Origin: Lytechinus pictus
Lineage: Eukaryota
DNA: 64,000 bases
Direction: 5' to 3'
Assembly: GCF_037042905.1 (NCBI RefSeq)
Contig: NC_087246.1
Location: 4,342,001 to 4,406,000, forward strand
A program made the position numbers and the translations under genes. The notes under the pieces are model-generated. The model was not told where the DNA came from, did not search any database, and worked only from the letters and a program-made list of their open reading frames with translations. Positions 24,429 through 35,680 of this stretch are shown here, in pieces. How positions within the stretch are numbered: position 1 is the stretch's first letter; the number at the start of each line of letters is the position of its first letter.

Positions 24429-24951
24429 TTACACACGCTGAAATTTCCTTAACCCCGTACTATAGGTGGGGCTAAATTGCCATTTAGCCCCACCTATAAT
24501 ACGGGGTTAAGCTTAGCCCACTTTCTTTTTACACATCATTTTTGCAAAGTGGGCTAACCCCACCTTTAGTACGGGATTATTTGGCCCTGCAACAAAGCAG
24601 GGTTATCCCAGCAATTGCGGTGCTAAGAGCGATAGTACGGGGTTAAGATCGCTAGTGTAAAACGAAAGTGGGCTAAGCTTAACCCCGTACTATAGGTGGG
24701 GCTAAATTGCCATTTAGCCCCACCTATAGTACGGGGTTAAGGAAATTTTAGCGTGTGTAAAAAGGTACGAGTGAATGAGCTACCACTAGTCCGGGGTTAG
24801 CGAGTTTCGTGTGTGAAAAGCAAGCATTCCTTATCCGGGGTTAGCAATAACAATTTGGCATGTGTGAAAAGGAAAAAAAAATAGTACGGGGTTAAGGATA
24901 GTACGGGGTTAGCGATAGTCCGGGGCTAAGAAAATCATGTGTAAAAAGGGT
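24429..24951. mobile_element. MITE with (A)ACCCCGTACTAT repeats nested in copy 1
   Basis: Absent from copy 2; ends ttacacac / tgtgtaaaaagggt; internal inverted duplication ~24432-24525 vs ~24667-24760. Confidence 0.7.
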
Positions 24952-25180
24952 AAAAATGGACGAATGAAGAAGGCATGCATCATTTGCTTTATACAACGAA
25001 TTTTCAAGATTTTGTTATTTGCAAATAGATAAGAAAATGAAATCATCAAAAGCAGATGGAATTAAGACATATTTTGCCTTTGTCTGACAATTCATTTTCT
25101 CTGAAAATATTATTGTTTTCCCGGTTTATGAAAGCAGTTAATGGTTTTTGTTCTTTTGTGACGCACTTTGATTCATGAAT

Positions 25181-26071
25181 CAATGACAATGATGACAATG
25201 ACATTTATTCCCATGTCACTTATAGAGTGGGTATTGGAGAAACAATCATACAAAATGAAATGTACAAAATCATAAATAGTAATTCATCAAGTAATTTACA
25301 AATCATTTAGAGTACATTTAGAAATTTTTTTTTTATAAAGAATACAAATTTTAGCATTAAAAATAATTCTATAATTACGGTTTAAATAGTACCCTAAAGC
25401 TTCAAAAATATAATCAAAGTTTACATATGATTTAAAAAAAAAGAAAAATCATAGTAACGACATCATCACATCGTTGGATATTAAACCACAGCCTTTAAAA
25501 AAACTCAAAATATTATATTTCGAGCGTAGCAAAGTTTAGAAAAATTTGATAATTAGGCCTACAGTTGAGATAATGGATTAATTAAAGCTTAAAAAAGCCA
25601 GCTTATTAACAATATAATTAGCATAAACATTTGTCTAATAGAAGGCAAGTAATGGCATCAGCATATCATTGGCTGTTATACCACTATTCAATTAACAGCT
25701 CAAAATATTGAATTTCGAGCATAACTTATTTAGAAACGAAGCATAATTTTCTTGCAAAATTTTACAAGGTTGGAACGGATTTCTGGTTTTTCACAGTTAA
25801 ATAGTTGATTCATTTTGAGTGTATTCGGTCTTTCACTGTAATATCCTTTAAGATGAAACTTTCTTTCTTTAGAAAAAGAAGGACAAACGAACAAATAGTG
25901 AAATTCATTACCAATTGATTGAAGGTTGCATAGTGTACAAAGCCTCATGTTTCTTTGACGGTTTTCATATCTTCCTGAGATAATAGGAAGTCGATGATTT
26001 CCACATCGAAATCTACAAAAAGTGATTCTATCTTATTTACTCATATTGATGAGGTAACTTTCTAGTTACCT
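25181..26071 (-). mobile_element. 5'-truncated non-LTR retrotransposon (RTEX-like C-terminal Zn knuckle, 3'UTR) nested in copy 1
   Basis: FCRFRCGNHRLPIISGRYENRQRNMRLCTLCNLQSIGNEFHYLFVCP; AATAAA and short (CATTGT)-type tail at ~25181-25207; absent from copy 2. Confidence 0.75.
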
Positions 26072-26331
26072 CATCTGAGTGCGCGCACACAGTCAGCCTT
26101 GTTGATGCGCTTACTTCGATGCGTGCAAACACACACACATACAAAATGTACGTATACACACATGCTTAGTGGTACACACTGGAGGAGAAAGCTCAACCGT
26201 GCAATGGAATAATACAAAATGCACGGTCGCCGTGCTATGGAAAATAAAATTTGCATGCAGCACAAAATGGATCAAATATTGAATGGCTTTCAACCAATCA
26301 AATTACAAGAATCTTTGTATGAGTTGTATAA

Positions 26332-26884
26332 TTATATAATATTGACTGGTCTTGAGGGGAACATCAAATATATTGCCAGCAAAAGAATCATATTGGCCCG
26401 AGTCTTTAGACGAGGGCAATATGGGTCTTTTAAGGGCAATATATTTGATGTTCCCCGAAAGAAGGGCAGTCAATATTTTTATTATCATCCAAATCAGATA
26501 TCTAGAGCAAAAATCATGATAACAGTGATATCTTTTAAGAATAGAGTTCTGTTGTGTCATGATAATATCAGTGTCTAGGCTCTGCACTTTACCATTATGA
26601 CGTACTTGCAAGCGCCCAGATCTAGGTTGTCTTTATTATGACGTAGATCGTTGGTGCGCGGGATATTATGAAGCGTATCACTTCATTCGCATCCTCAAAG
26701 GCCCGGATGTGAGACCAGGGAAAATACAAAGGTATATTTTGCGTCGTCTCTGCATGCAAAGTCAATACGCGCATTGAGACTGAGAAAAATACAAAAAATA
26801 TACCTATCCCTTCCTGATAATAATAAAATACAGGGAAATACGGTTTTGTAAATGACCAGCTCAGATGTCTGATATGGGTGATAA
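26332..26884. mobile_element. Second hairpin-bearing cassette family between copies 1 and 2
   Basis: Starts TTATATAA immediately after copy 1; ~140-nt imperfect palindrome 26338-26477 centred on GTCTTTAGAC. Confidence 0.55.
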
Positions 26885-26890
26885 TTATTT

Positions 26891-27509
26891 TTATACAACT
26901 CATACGAAGATTCTTGTAATTTGATTGGTTGAAAGCCATTCAATATTTGATCCATTTTGTGCTGCATGCAAATTTTATTTTCCATTGCACGGCGCCCGTG
27001 CATTTTTTATTTTTCCATTGCACGGTTGTGCTTCCTCCTTCAGTGTGTACCACTAAGCATGTGTGTATACGTACGTTTTGTATGTGTGTGTGTTTGCGCG
27101 CGTCGAAGTAAGCACATCAACAAGGCTGACTGTGCCGCACTCAGATTCATGAATCAAAGTGCGTCACAAAAGAACAAAAACAATTAACTGCTTTCATAAA
27201 CCGGGAAAACAAAAAAAAATCAGAGAAAATGAACTGGTAGACAAAGGCAAAATATGTCTTAATTCCATCTGCTTTTGTTGATTTTTGTCTTATCTATTGT
27301 AAAATAACAAAATCTAGAAAATTCGCTGTATAAAAAAAATGATGCATGCCTTCATTCGTCCATTATGCGACCTATCCACTCTCGCTGAGGCTGTGTTCAC
27401 CCCATTGCACGAAGCCGTTAGGCTGAGTGCAATGGATTGAACAGAGCCTTAACTCGCGTGAGGATAGATCGCCTATAAATGAACTCATGTGCATGCATCA
27501 TTTGTATAA
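26891..27509 (-). mobile_element. Hairpin-bearing non-autonomous element (Crypton-like), uninterrupted copy 2 (619 bp), inverted relative to copy 1
   Basis: TTATACAA/TTGTATAA ends; subterminal hairpin ~27368-27472. Confidence 0.75.
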
Positions 27510-27710
27510 CAAAAGAAAACACTCATATGATAATAAAATACTATGTCCATTGACCCAATATGACATTTGACTATGATCATGTGACCTAAGACGTGTGCAA
27601 AACAATCATTCATGCTTGATTACCCTTATAAATATCAATGCTTTATGAACTACATGTGTAGATCCAAGTTCTGATGCCAATTCAACAAATGCCCCTAACA
27701 CGGCCAAAGT

Positions 27711-29950
27711 TCATCATCATCATCATCCGTTAAAGTATAGTCCACCAGGTTGGTGTATTATCGTACTTGTAGAATTATGCGCAGTCTTAGCGCAATTGGA
27801 TTTTCTGCACCTCAGCCTTGAAACTGGCTACTGAAGTGCAGTTAACTGTAATGGCAGGGAGAATATTCCACAGTCTAATGGCATCAGGAATAAAAGTTTT
27901 CTGATAAGTAACAGTGCGAGCATGTGGGACGTGTAACCTCATCTGATGACCACGAAGCGAAGTGGAAGTAGCAGCCTGGTTGAAGTACTGTACCTTTGGT
28001 ACATCAACAATTGTGTTAACCAAGCGATAAACCATCACCACCTTGAACTGGGCTCTTCTCTCTTCAAGGGTGGGCCACTGTAGCTGTCGTAGCATATCGG
28101 TGACACTACTAGTGCGACGATGGTCTCCCATGGTGAATCTAGCATATCGTCGCTGCACCACCTCCAGCTTCCGGGTGTTGTCCTTGGTGAAGGGGTCCCA
28201 CACTTCACATCCATATTCCAGGACAGGTCTGAGGAGAGATTTGTAACATAGAACCTTGACGCTTCTTGGGCATGAGTGCAGGTTACGTTGCAAGAATGCA
28301 TGTGTAGAGTTGGCCTTCTTGGTGACCATGCTAATATGGTGGTTCCTTTTCATGTTCTGATGAATATGAACATCAAGGTATTTTGCAGAGCTGACCTTTT
28401 GTAAAGATTGATCATGAATGGAGTATGTCATGTTTAGTGGATTCCGCTTGTTGGTTACTGAGATAGTTTGACACTTCTGAGGATTGAATTTCATAAGCCA
28501 GTCTGACTCCCACTTCTGCAAGGAGTCAAGATCCTCTTGAAGTTTGTTGGCATCATCCTGAGATTGGATCTTGCGGTAGAGTAGGCAGTCATCGGCAAAC
28601 AGTTTGGTTGTTGTCTGAGATGAAATGCAATCAGGTAGATCATTGATGTAGAGTAGAAACAGGAGAGGGCCGAGGACACTGCCTTGCGGCACGCCTGACG
28701 AGACTGGGATAGTGTTTGAGGTACATCCATTGACGACTACTCTTTGAGTTCTGTTGTGGAGGAAGTCTTGAATCCAGCGCAGGGTAGTAAGACGAATGCC
28801 GTAGAACTTCAGTTTGTATAGAAGTCGGTGGTGAGGGACTTTATCAAAAGCCTTCGAAAAATCTAAAAGGATCATGTCGTACAGTTCGCCTTTGTCAAGT
28901 CCTTTGGCAAGGTCATCACAGGTGAAAATGAGTTGGTTGATACAAGAACGTCGCTTATGGAATCCATATTGAGCATCTGTTATAATGTTATTACTATCCA
29001 GGTGATCCATAATAGAGCTGCAGAGAACATGTTCTAGGACTTTGCACGAAATAGATGTCAGAGATATGGGTCTGTAGTTCTCTGGATTACTCCTATCTCC
29101 TTTCTTGAACACGGGAGCAACATTTGGCATTCTCCAGTCATCTGGGATAATGCCTTGACAGATAGATGCTTTGAAGAGTATCGTAAGCGCTGGGGTAATC
29201 TCATTAGCAAGTGTTTTCAGTAATCTGGCAGAAATTCCATCTGGGCCTGTTGTTTTATGAGGATCAAGTCCGGATAACAGCTTATTGACACCAGTTGGAG
29301 AAATGTCAATTTCACACATGGATGGATGAGGACTATCACCTTTATCAGGGATGTTGGTGAGACACTCATCCTTCGTAAAGACTGATGCAAACTGTTGATT
29401 CAGAGTGTTTGACTTCGAGGTGCAGTCAGATTGGATGATTCCACTTGATGACTTCAACGGAGCAACACCAGTTGTATCACACTTCTTACTCTTCATAAAT
29501 GACCAGAATCGCTTTGGGTTGCTCTTCGAGTCAGGAGATATGATATTCCTGATGTAGTCATTATATGCCTGTTTACATGCAGATCTTGACTCTTTCTTTA
29601 GGGCTCTGTATTTCTCGAAATCTTCCTCGGTACCTGTTTGGCTCTTTGCCCTTGGACTGGCGCTTCTTTTTTCTTGACAAGCGCTTCACTTTAGTATTTA
29701 TCCAAGGCTGGTTGTAGCGCACAGATGACATTTTTTATGGCACATGTTGATCTTGGATATCAAGAAGATTAGATTTTATGGACAACCACATATCAGAGAT
29801 AGAGCTGTCAGAGTTAAATCTGGATGTAAAGGACTTGCTGAAGGATATGCATTTCTCTTTCATCTGACGGACTTCTGCTCGTTTCCAGAGGTATATCTTT
29901 CGCTTGTTTAGTCCGTTGAGGTGTGATGCGGGAATAGACCATTACAATAT
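27711..29950 (-). mobile_element. 5'-truncated non-LTR retrotransposon (CR1/L2/jockey group) with (GAT)n tail
   Basis: Contains 569-aa RT ORF; frameshifted ORF2 continues upstream (NPKRFWSF); TCATCATCATC tail at 27711-27727. Confidence 0.9.
27787..29496 (-). CDS. LINE ORF2 reverse transcriptase (N-truncated, no endonuclease)
   Basis: Motifs NYRPISLTS, LDFSKAFDKV, GVPQGSVLGPLLFLLYIND, FADD, KYL. Confidence 0.9.
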   Translation of the reverse strand: MKSKKCDTTGVAPLKSSSGIIQSDCTSKSNTLNQQFASVFTKDECLTNIPDKGDSPHPSMCEIDISPTGVNKLLSGLDPHKTTGPDGISARLLKTLANEITPALTILFKASICQGIIPDDWRMPNVAPVFKKGDRSNPENYRPISLTSISCKVLEHVLCSSIMDHLDSNNIITDAQYGFHKRRSCINQLIFTCDDLAKGLDKGELYDMILLDFSKAFDKVPHHRLLYKLKFYGIRLTTLRWIQDFLHNRTQRVVVNGCTSNTIPVSSGVPQGSVLGPLLFLLYINDLPDCISSQTTTKLFADDCLLYRKIQSQDDANKLQEDLDSLQKWESDWLMKFNPQKCQTISVTNKRNPLNMTYSIHDQSLQKVSSAKYLDVHIHQNMKRNHHISMVTKKANSTHAFLQRNLHSCPRSVKVLCYKSLLRPVLEYGCEVWDPFTKDNTRKLEVVQRRYARFTMGDHRRTSSVTDMLRQLQWPTLEERRAQFKVVMVYRLVNTIVDVPKVQYFNQAATSTSLRGHQMRLHVPHARTVTYQKTFIPDAIRLWNILPAITVNCTSVASFKAEVQKIQLR

Positions 29951-30730
29951 CATGGTTAAGTTAATTGACCTTAAGTGACCTTTGATCTTGGTCATGTGAC
30001 CTGAAACACACATAGGATATTCAGGGATACATGGTTACTCTTATGTCCAAGTTTCATGAACTAGATCTATAAACTTTTAAAGTAATGATGAATATTTCAC
30101 AATTCCCAAACATGGTCAAAGTTCGTTGACCCTAAGTGACCTTTGACCTTGGTCATGTGGCCTAAAACTCAGGCAGGATCTTCAGTGATACACTATCATC
30201 TTCATGTCCAAGTTTCATGAACTAGAACCAAATACTTTTTTAAGTTATGACATTTCAAAAACTTGACCTTGGTTAAGATTTCGATATTGATTCCCCCAAC
30301 ATGGTCTAAGTTCATTTGCCCTGAATGACCTTTGACCTTAGTCATGTGACCTAAAACTCAGGCAGGATCTTCAGTGATACACTATCATCTTCATGTCCAA
30401 GTTTCATGAACTAAATCTAAATACTTTTTTAAATTATGACAACATTTCAAAAACTTGACTTTGGTTAAGATTTCGATATTGATTCCCCAACATGGTCTAA
30501 GTTCATTTACCCTGAATGACCTTTGATCTTGGTCATGTGACCTGAAACTCGAGCAGAATGTTTAGTAATACTTGATTGCCATTATGTCTAAGTTTCATGA
30601 ACTAAGTTCATATACTTTCTAAGTTATGAGGATATTTCAAAAACTTAACCTTGGTTAAGATTTCAATGTTGGCGACGCCGCCGTCGGAAAAGCGGCGCCT
30701 ACAGTCTCGCTCTGCTATGCAGGTGAGACA

Positions 30731-30878
30731 AAAATGCACGATTACCGTGCAATGGAGAAAAAAAATTGCATGCAGCACAAAATTGATCAAATATTGAATG
30801 GCTTTCAGTCAATAAAATGACAAGAATGAATGGCCTTCAACCAATCAAATTGCAAGAATCTTTGTATGAGTTGTATAA
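30731..30878 (+). mobile_element. Partial third copy (3' end) of the Crypton-like element
   Basis: Matches 26215-26331, with a short internal duplication, and ends GAGTTGTATAA. Confidence 0.75.
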
Positions 30879-32379
30879 CACAGTTTATATGACACTTAGA
30901 TAGATCTTAATAAGATAACAAAATAATATTTCACCAAAAAAATGATTCTCCACTCGCTACAGTCCTCTTCCCCTCGTAATATTTAAAAACAAGACTTGTA
31001 CACATTTATGAATAAATATAGGCCGAAGGATACAAAATATATCATCACCATCAACTTGAGACTAACTCTACCCAGACAACAATTTGATTAGAATAAGCAT
31101 AGAAGATTCAGCAAATGTAAAAGTTTGGATTTCATCAGAATTTACATCTGAAATTATTCAAAAACAATGAATTTTGCTTTTGCCCTAACCTTGTGATGAT
31201 CATGATAATGTATTTTGCAATCCCTTCGCAAAAGCTTTCTTATACATTGCACCAATTCCTTTGAAAATGCAAGTCAAATCTTGATGGACAGCTGAGAGGT
31301 ATTTGTCGAAAGTTATTGGATCGGGACAGCAGATCGGCCGAATATTTGGACCGGACGACACTGCTGGTTTGATTCACTGATTTTCGACAAAGGTTGTTTT
31401 ATCATTGAAGGGCTTTTGACAAAAAAAATCTCTGCGTTATAGAAAGCGTCTACTTGTGATTGGGAAAATTCCCTATTGCTCGATTTACACCGCTTTTCTT
31501 CAATGTCAGGATAAAAATATAGATTTCCCCATGCATGTCATGTTTTACACGAAATCATCCAATATGATTTCGGACAACGGAACCTTTCCAATGTAGGCCT
31601 ACTATACACACTATATGCCTAATTGATGAAAAATAGATCCATGAATTTTCATTTCATCTTATTTTCTACTAGTCAAATGTCAAGCTTATCAGTTTGTAAT
31701 ACGTGTTGAAATCTTAAACAGATTTGATGCTCAAGCGTTATTCCACGTTATTTTATTTGATAGAAAGCACAGACTCTTGTCTGTGATAAATCAAAACATT
31801 GTCAAATCCGACTCAAATCTCCATCCTAATCTATGACCGGGGTAATAGTAATTACAATATAAAGCGTTTAGAAACAAAGCATATTAAACGATATTAATGT
31901 ACTATTATCATTATCATCATCATTATTATAATGTTTTATTATTATTGTTTTGTTGTTATATTATTATTAATGTCATAATCAACATCATCATTAATTTCTG
32001 CTTAATCTCTAATTCAACAACACAAACTCAACCAGGTCAACCAGGTACCGAATCTTCTCCCATGCACATTATTCGCACAGTTCACCTGTATATCACAATT
32101 TGTGGACTAAAAAAAGGGGTAAAGATGTGAAATAAGCCCTATAAAAATATTAAACACGTTCACTTCTTTCCTTTTCTTTTTTGCTGTCTTGTCCTGTTCT
32201 GTCCTGTTTTGTTTTGTTTGTGTGTGTGTGTGTGCCTTTTTTGTTTTTGTTTTGTTTTTAGTTTTTAGTCCTGTCTTGTCCAAGTGATTGTCTGTTCACA
32301 CACTCCTGAACTCAGGGTTTGTTTCTTTATACAGCAGGGGTATAATATAATATTTTTTTGTTAATTGTAACATAGTGGG

Positions 32380-32634
32380 TAGCAAAAAAAGCTTGACCCA
32401 ACTAGTATTCTTTTTCATTGTACAAACCTTTTTAATTTACGATTTGAATGTCATTGATCAAAGATATACTTTAATTAACTATTTATTGCAGGGAACCCAT
32501 ACTAACAAGCTTTGCTTTCCAGTGGGTTCCCTTTTTTCATTTCTGTATATTATATTTTTTGTGTTTTGCTTTACATTGTAACTTTTGTTAAATTTTGGAA
32601 TGAAAAAGAATAAATGCAATCAATCAATCAATCA
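32380..32634 (+). mobile_element. LINE 3'UTR remnant with (CAAT)n tail
   Basis: GGGAACCCA...TGGGTTCCC stem, AATAAA, caatcaatcaatc. Confidence 0.45.
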
Positions 32635-34689
32635 GTTTGATTTAAAAAGTCTTAATTGTAAAGGTTAAACTACCAACCTTTTAACCTGGGCAATACTGTA
32701 TCAATTTGTACATTTTTGTAAAAATTGATTTACCTTTTCTCACAGTAATTCTCTTTTCTAGAATTATTACGAAGTCATACTGTAGTTATGATTGATCACA
32801 CTTAGCGAGAAATCTCTGATTTCCCTTGAGATCAAGCGAGTGTTCTCATATAACAGTAATGAATCACATTAAATGCAAATATATCATACCAAGATGAAGT
32901 TACACAGCCTTCGATTTGATTAAGGGAACAAAAATATCAAATTGCTTATACCAAGTTAAACTGAGACAATGCAAACTGAGCAGTAATGGACTTTCGTAAA
33001 AAAATCTAGTACGGTTTCAATGTTAAGGATACATTTTTTTGTTGTAAAATAGTAATCAAGGAAATAATATACCTTTCAACTGCAAGGAATGCTTAGATAT
33101 AAAATAACAGGAGAAAATCCCTAACATTAATGTACATGTATTACATTTGCTTCAGCAAGATAATGGAACAAGCTTCCCATTACTTTGAGATCCGATACTT
33201 CTCTTTATATATTTAAGAAACAGTTGAAAACTTTCTTGTATCCAGTCAATTCGATCTACAGTTTAAACGCTATGATATAGTTTATTATGTATAGCGTTCC
33301 TAAATGCCTTATTTATTTTTATCATTATATGCATCTCCTTTGAAATCTAATTCGCTTTATTCATTACATTTATTTCCATTTCCCACAAACGCAAACGTCG
33401 TTTTTTGTCGTATAACTTGACATTAAGGTAATAATAAACATAATGGAAAAAAGTAAAACATAGACAAGATAAAGGTGCAACAAATTGTTAATAAAATTGA
33501 TAAAATGCCAGTTTGTAGTGTGCAGCCTTATCTAAAATATTCCTTTAAAAAGTATAGCAAAATGAGAAAACGACAATAGAGTATAATACCACTTAAAAAA
33601 ATAGTTTAAACAAGAAAGTTAAAATGAGAAATTAAGAATATGAAGATTTTCAGAATCTTGCCCCGACACCCATGCATGACGAGACACACGGATGAAGCAA
33701 GGAATGATTTAATGTTCATTATGACGTCAACGTTATGTACTTTATAAAATAATTGTTAGCGAGTGAGTGATTAAGAGTTAAAGCAATTAAGAATTGTCCT
33801 GGAGAATTCTTAATTTTGAAATCCTTGATCTTATCATTAAAAGTGCACCAGAGCAAAGGCCCTTCCAGATTAAATATTGATATTTAGCAAGGACTGTTCG
33901 GGGTATTTGGGTAAGGTAATCATCTTCATAGTATTAGAAAGAAAGTTACTGTTGCTGTATATGTGATGGAAGAAATGAGGGAAATCGAAGGACATTGCAC
34001 TTTTATTTAGGTACTGAAAACAATTATGTTATACGTATTACCACGAGTATATGCGAAACGCAAAAGCTCAATGACTCTGAGTGATGGTTGATGGGGGGGG
34101 GGGGGGGCTATACATTATCACATGATTGAATATTGACTAATCAGCAGACCGGTGTGCATTTGAGAGTGTTGGCGGAGTCTTCTTCTCAGTTTCAAGCAGA
34201 CCTGTGTGCCCCAAGAAAGGAATGGTGGAAATGTTTTCTCGGTTTTCAGCAAGAAGGCCGGTGTGTGAATTGTTGTGAAAATGTCCAGTCAGAATATAGG
34301 TCATTTGATTACCCATATTGGAAAGAATATGTATTATAGTTTTATATTTGTCTCTATTTCACATTAATTATTGCGATAAAATAAGTGAATTTCAGGTCAG
34401 AAAAAGATGCCTAATCGATAATAGACATGATTTTTTCCCCTGTTGTGCAATTTTTTTTGTTTTATTTTTGGCCCAAACGATATTCATATCATGATAAAAC
34501 TGAAAGTCTGTACTTTCTTATTATGTCAGCAGGCTTATGATGTGTCCCCGCTCAAATTGGCGATTTTCGAGGTGTTTTTCTGACTCATTCGGTAGAATAC
34601 ATGGTAAGGGTTTGATCTTTGCAATGGAGTTTGGGGGCCAATTTGCCCATCGATCAGTCTTGTTTTCCATCGTGCGGGTGTCCTGACAA

Positions 34690-34972
34690 CCCTTTACTCC
34701 TGAGTCGGGGTTATCGGTTTGAGCATTCCCAACTCCCTGGTTTGAGTGCCCTCACTCATGAGTTTGGATAATGGTTTGAGTGCCCTCACACCTACTCACT
34801 ATCAATTTGGGGTTAACGGTTTGAGTGCCTTCACATCTCCTCACTCCTGAGTCGGGGTTATATCGGTTTGAGCATTCCCAACTCCATGGTTTGATTGCCC
34901 TCACACCTCGCTACTGAGTCGGGGTTGGCGGTTTGAGTGCCCTCACAGTTCCTCACTACTGAGTTGGGGTTG
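34690..34972. repeat. ~40-bp degenerate tandem repeat (GGTTTGAGTGCCCTCAC...TGAGTCGGGGTT)
   Basis: About 8 GGTTTGA motifs, directly visible. Confidence 0.85.
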
Positions 34973-35680
34973 AAGGCTGGAGTAAAAATGGTTGTATGAT
35001 TTTCGACAAATTCAAGTAACTGTCCGGCAGGTAGAACTTAACAGGAAGCTCTGCTTCTTTTTTAGTGTTTCATTTCTCATGTTTTCTACATCATGTGTAA
35101 TCAAGCTATTGATTTTGAGTATGTTTCTAATATTTCTTTCCAATTTATTTTAATTTTAAGAACCATTTTTGCTATATCTTTTGTTTTTTAACTGTTCATT
35201 TGACACATGAGATTTAAAAACGATTGAACCAGACTGAAAAGTTTGAACTGAACTAACAGCGAGAGTGCGGGAGTACGTGAACGAAAGTGTGGACACAATT
35301 CGGCTTTTTGTTGGATATAAATATCAGGATTTTATCATTTTCAGCTTATATATCAAACTTCTTACTACCACAATGAGTGTTCCTACCACTTCAAAATGCG
35401 GTCCAAATCTCGGATTGAGAAAGATAGCTTTGAAGCCACTGAGCTGCCACCGAAAGGGGACTTCGAAGTACGAGGCCAGCTAGTGCTAACGGCACGAAGA
35501 TTTCGATCTCAAGTCTAGCTGACATTGACTCAAAACTGTAAGCCTGTTTCATTGTTGTTTGAAGAACTTTTTATAGTGTTACCCTCAATTACCTTTTAAC
35601 GCTTGAGTAACATTTTAAAAACTTTTTTGTTATATTCTGTTTACGCCTGTTTACTTCTTTTATTGTAATTGCCTATCACT

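Larger units (their letters stand above)
24285..26331 (+). mobile_element. Hairpin-bearing non-autonomous element (Crypton-like), copy 1, interrupted by two insertions
   Basis: TTATACAA...TTGTATAA ends; segments 24285-24428, ~24953-25180 and 26072-26331 are colinear with the reverse complement of 26891-27509. Confidence 0.75.
27508..30730. mobile_element. Non-autonomous element with ~190-bp TGACCTTTGACCT tandem units and 3' hairpin (Helentron/HINE-like), split by a LINE
   Basis: Units at ~29977, 30138, 30327, 30517; end GACGCCGC..GCGGCGCC and GTCTCGCTCTGCTATGCAGGTGAGAC hairpins; left part 27508-27710. Confidence 0.6.

Noticed and set aside
26071..27187. Duplicated short ORFs on opposite strands (MHGRRAMENKICMQHK...)
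   Set aside because: Result of the inverted non-coding element copies; no recognisable domain
31200..31520. Coding-like segment
   Set aside because: Stops in the frames examined, no clear splice sites or motif; could not be supported
34690..34972. CRISPR-like array
   Set aside because: Eukaryotic context, spacers related to one another, no cas genes
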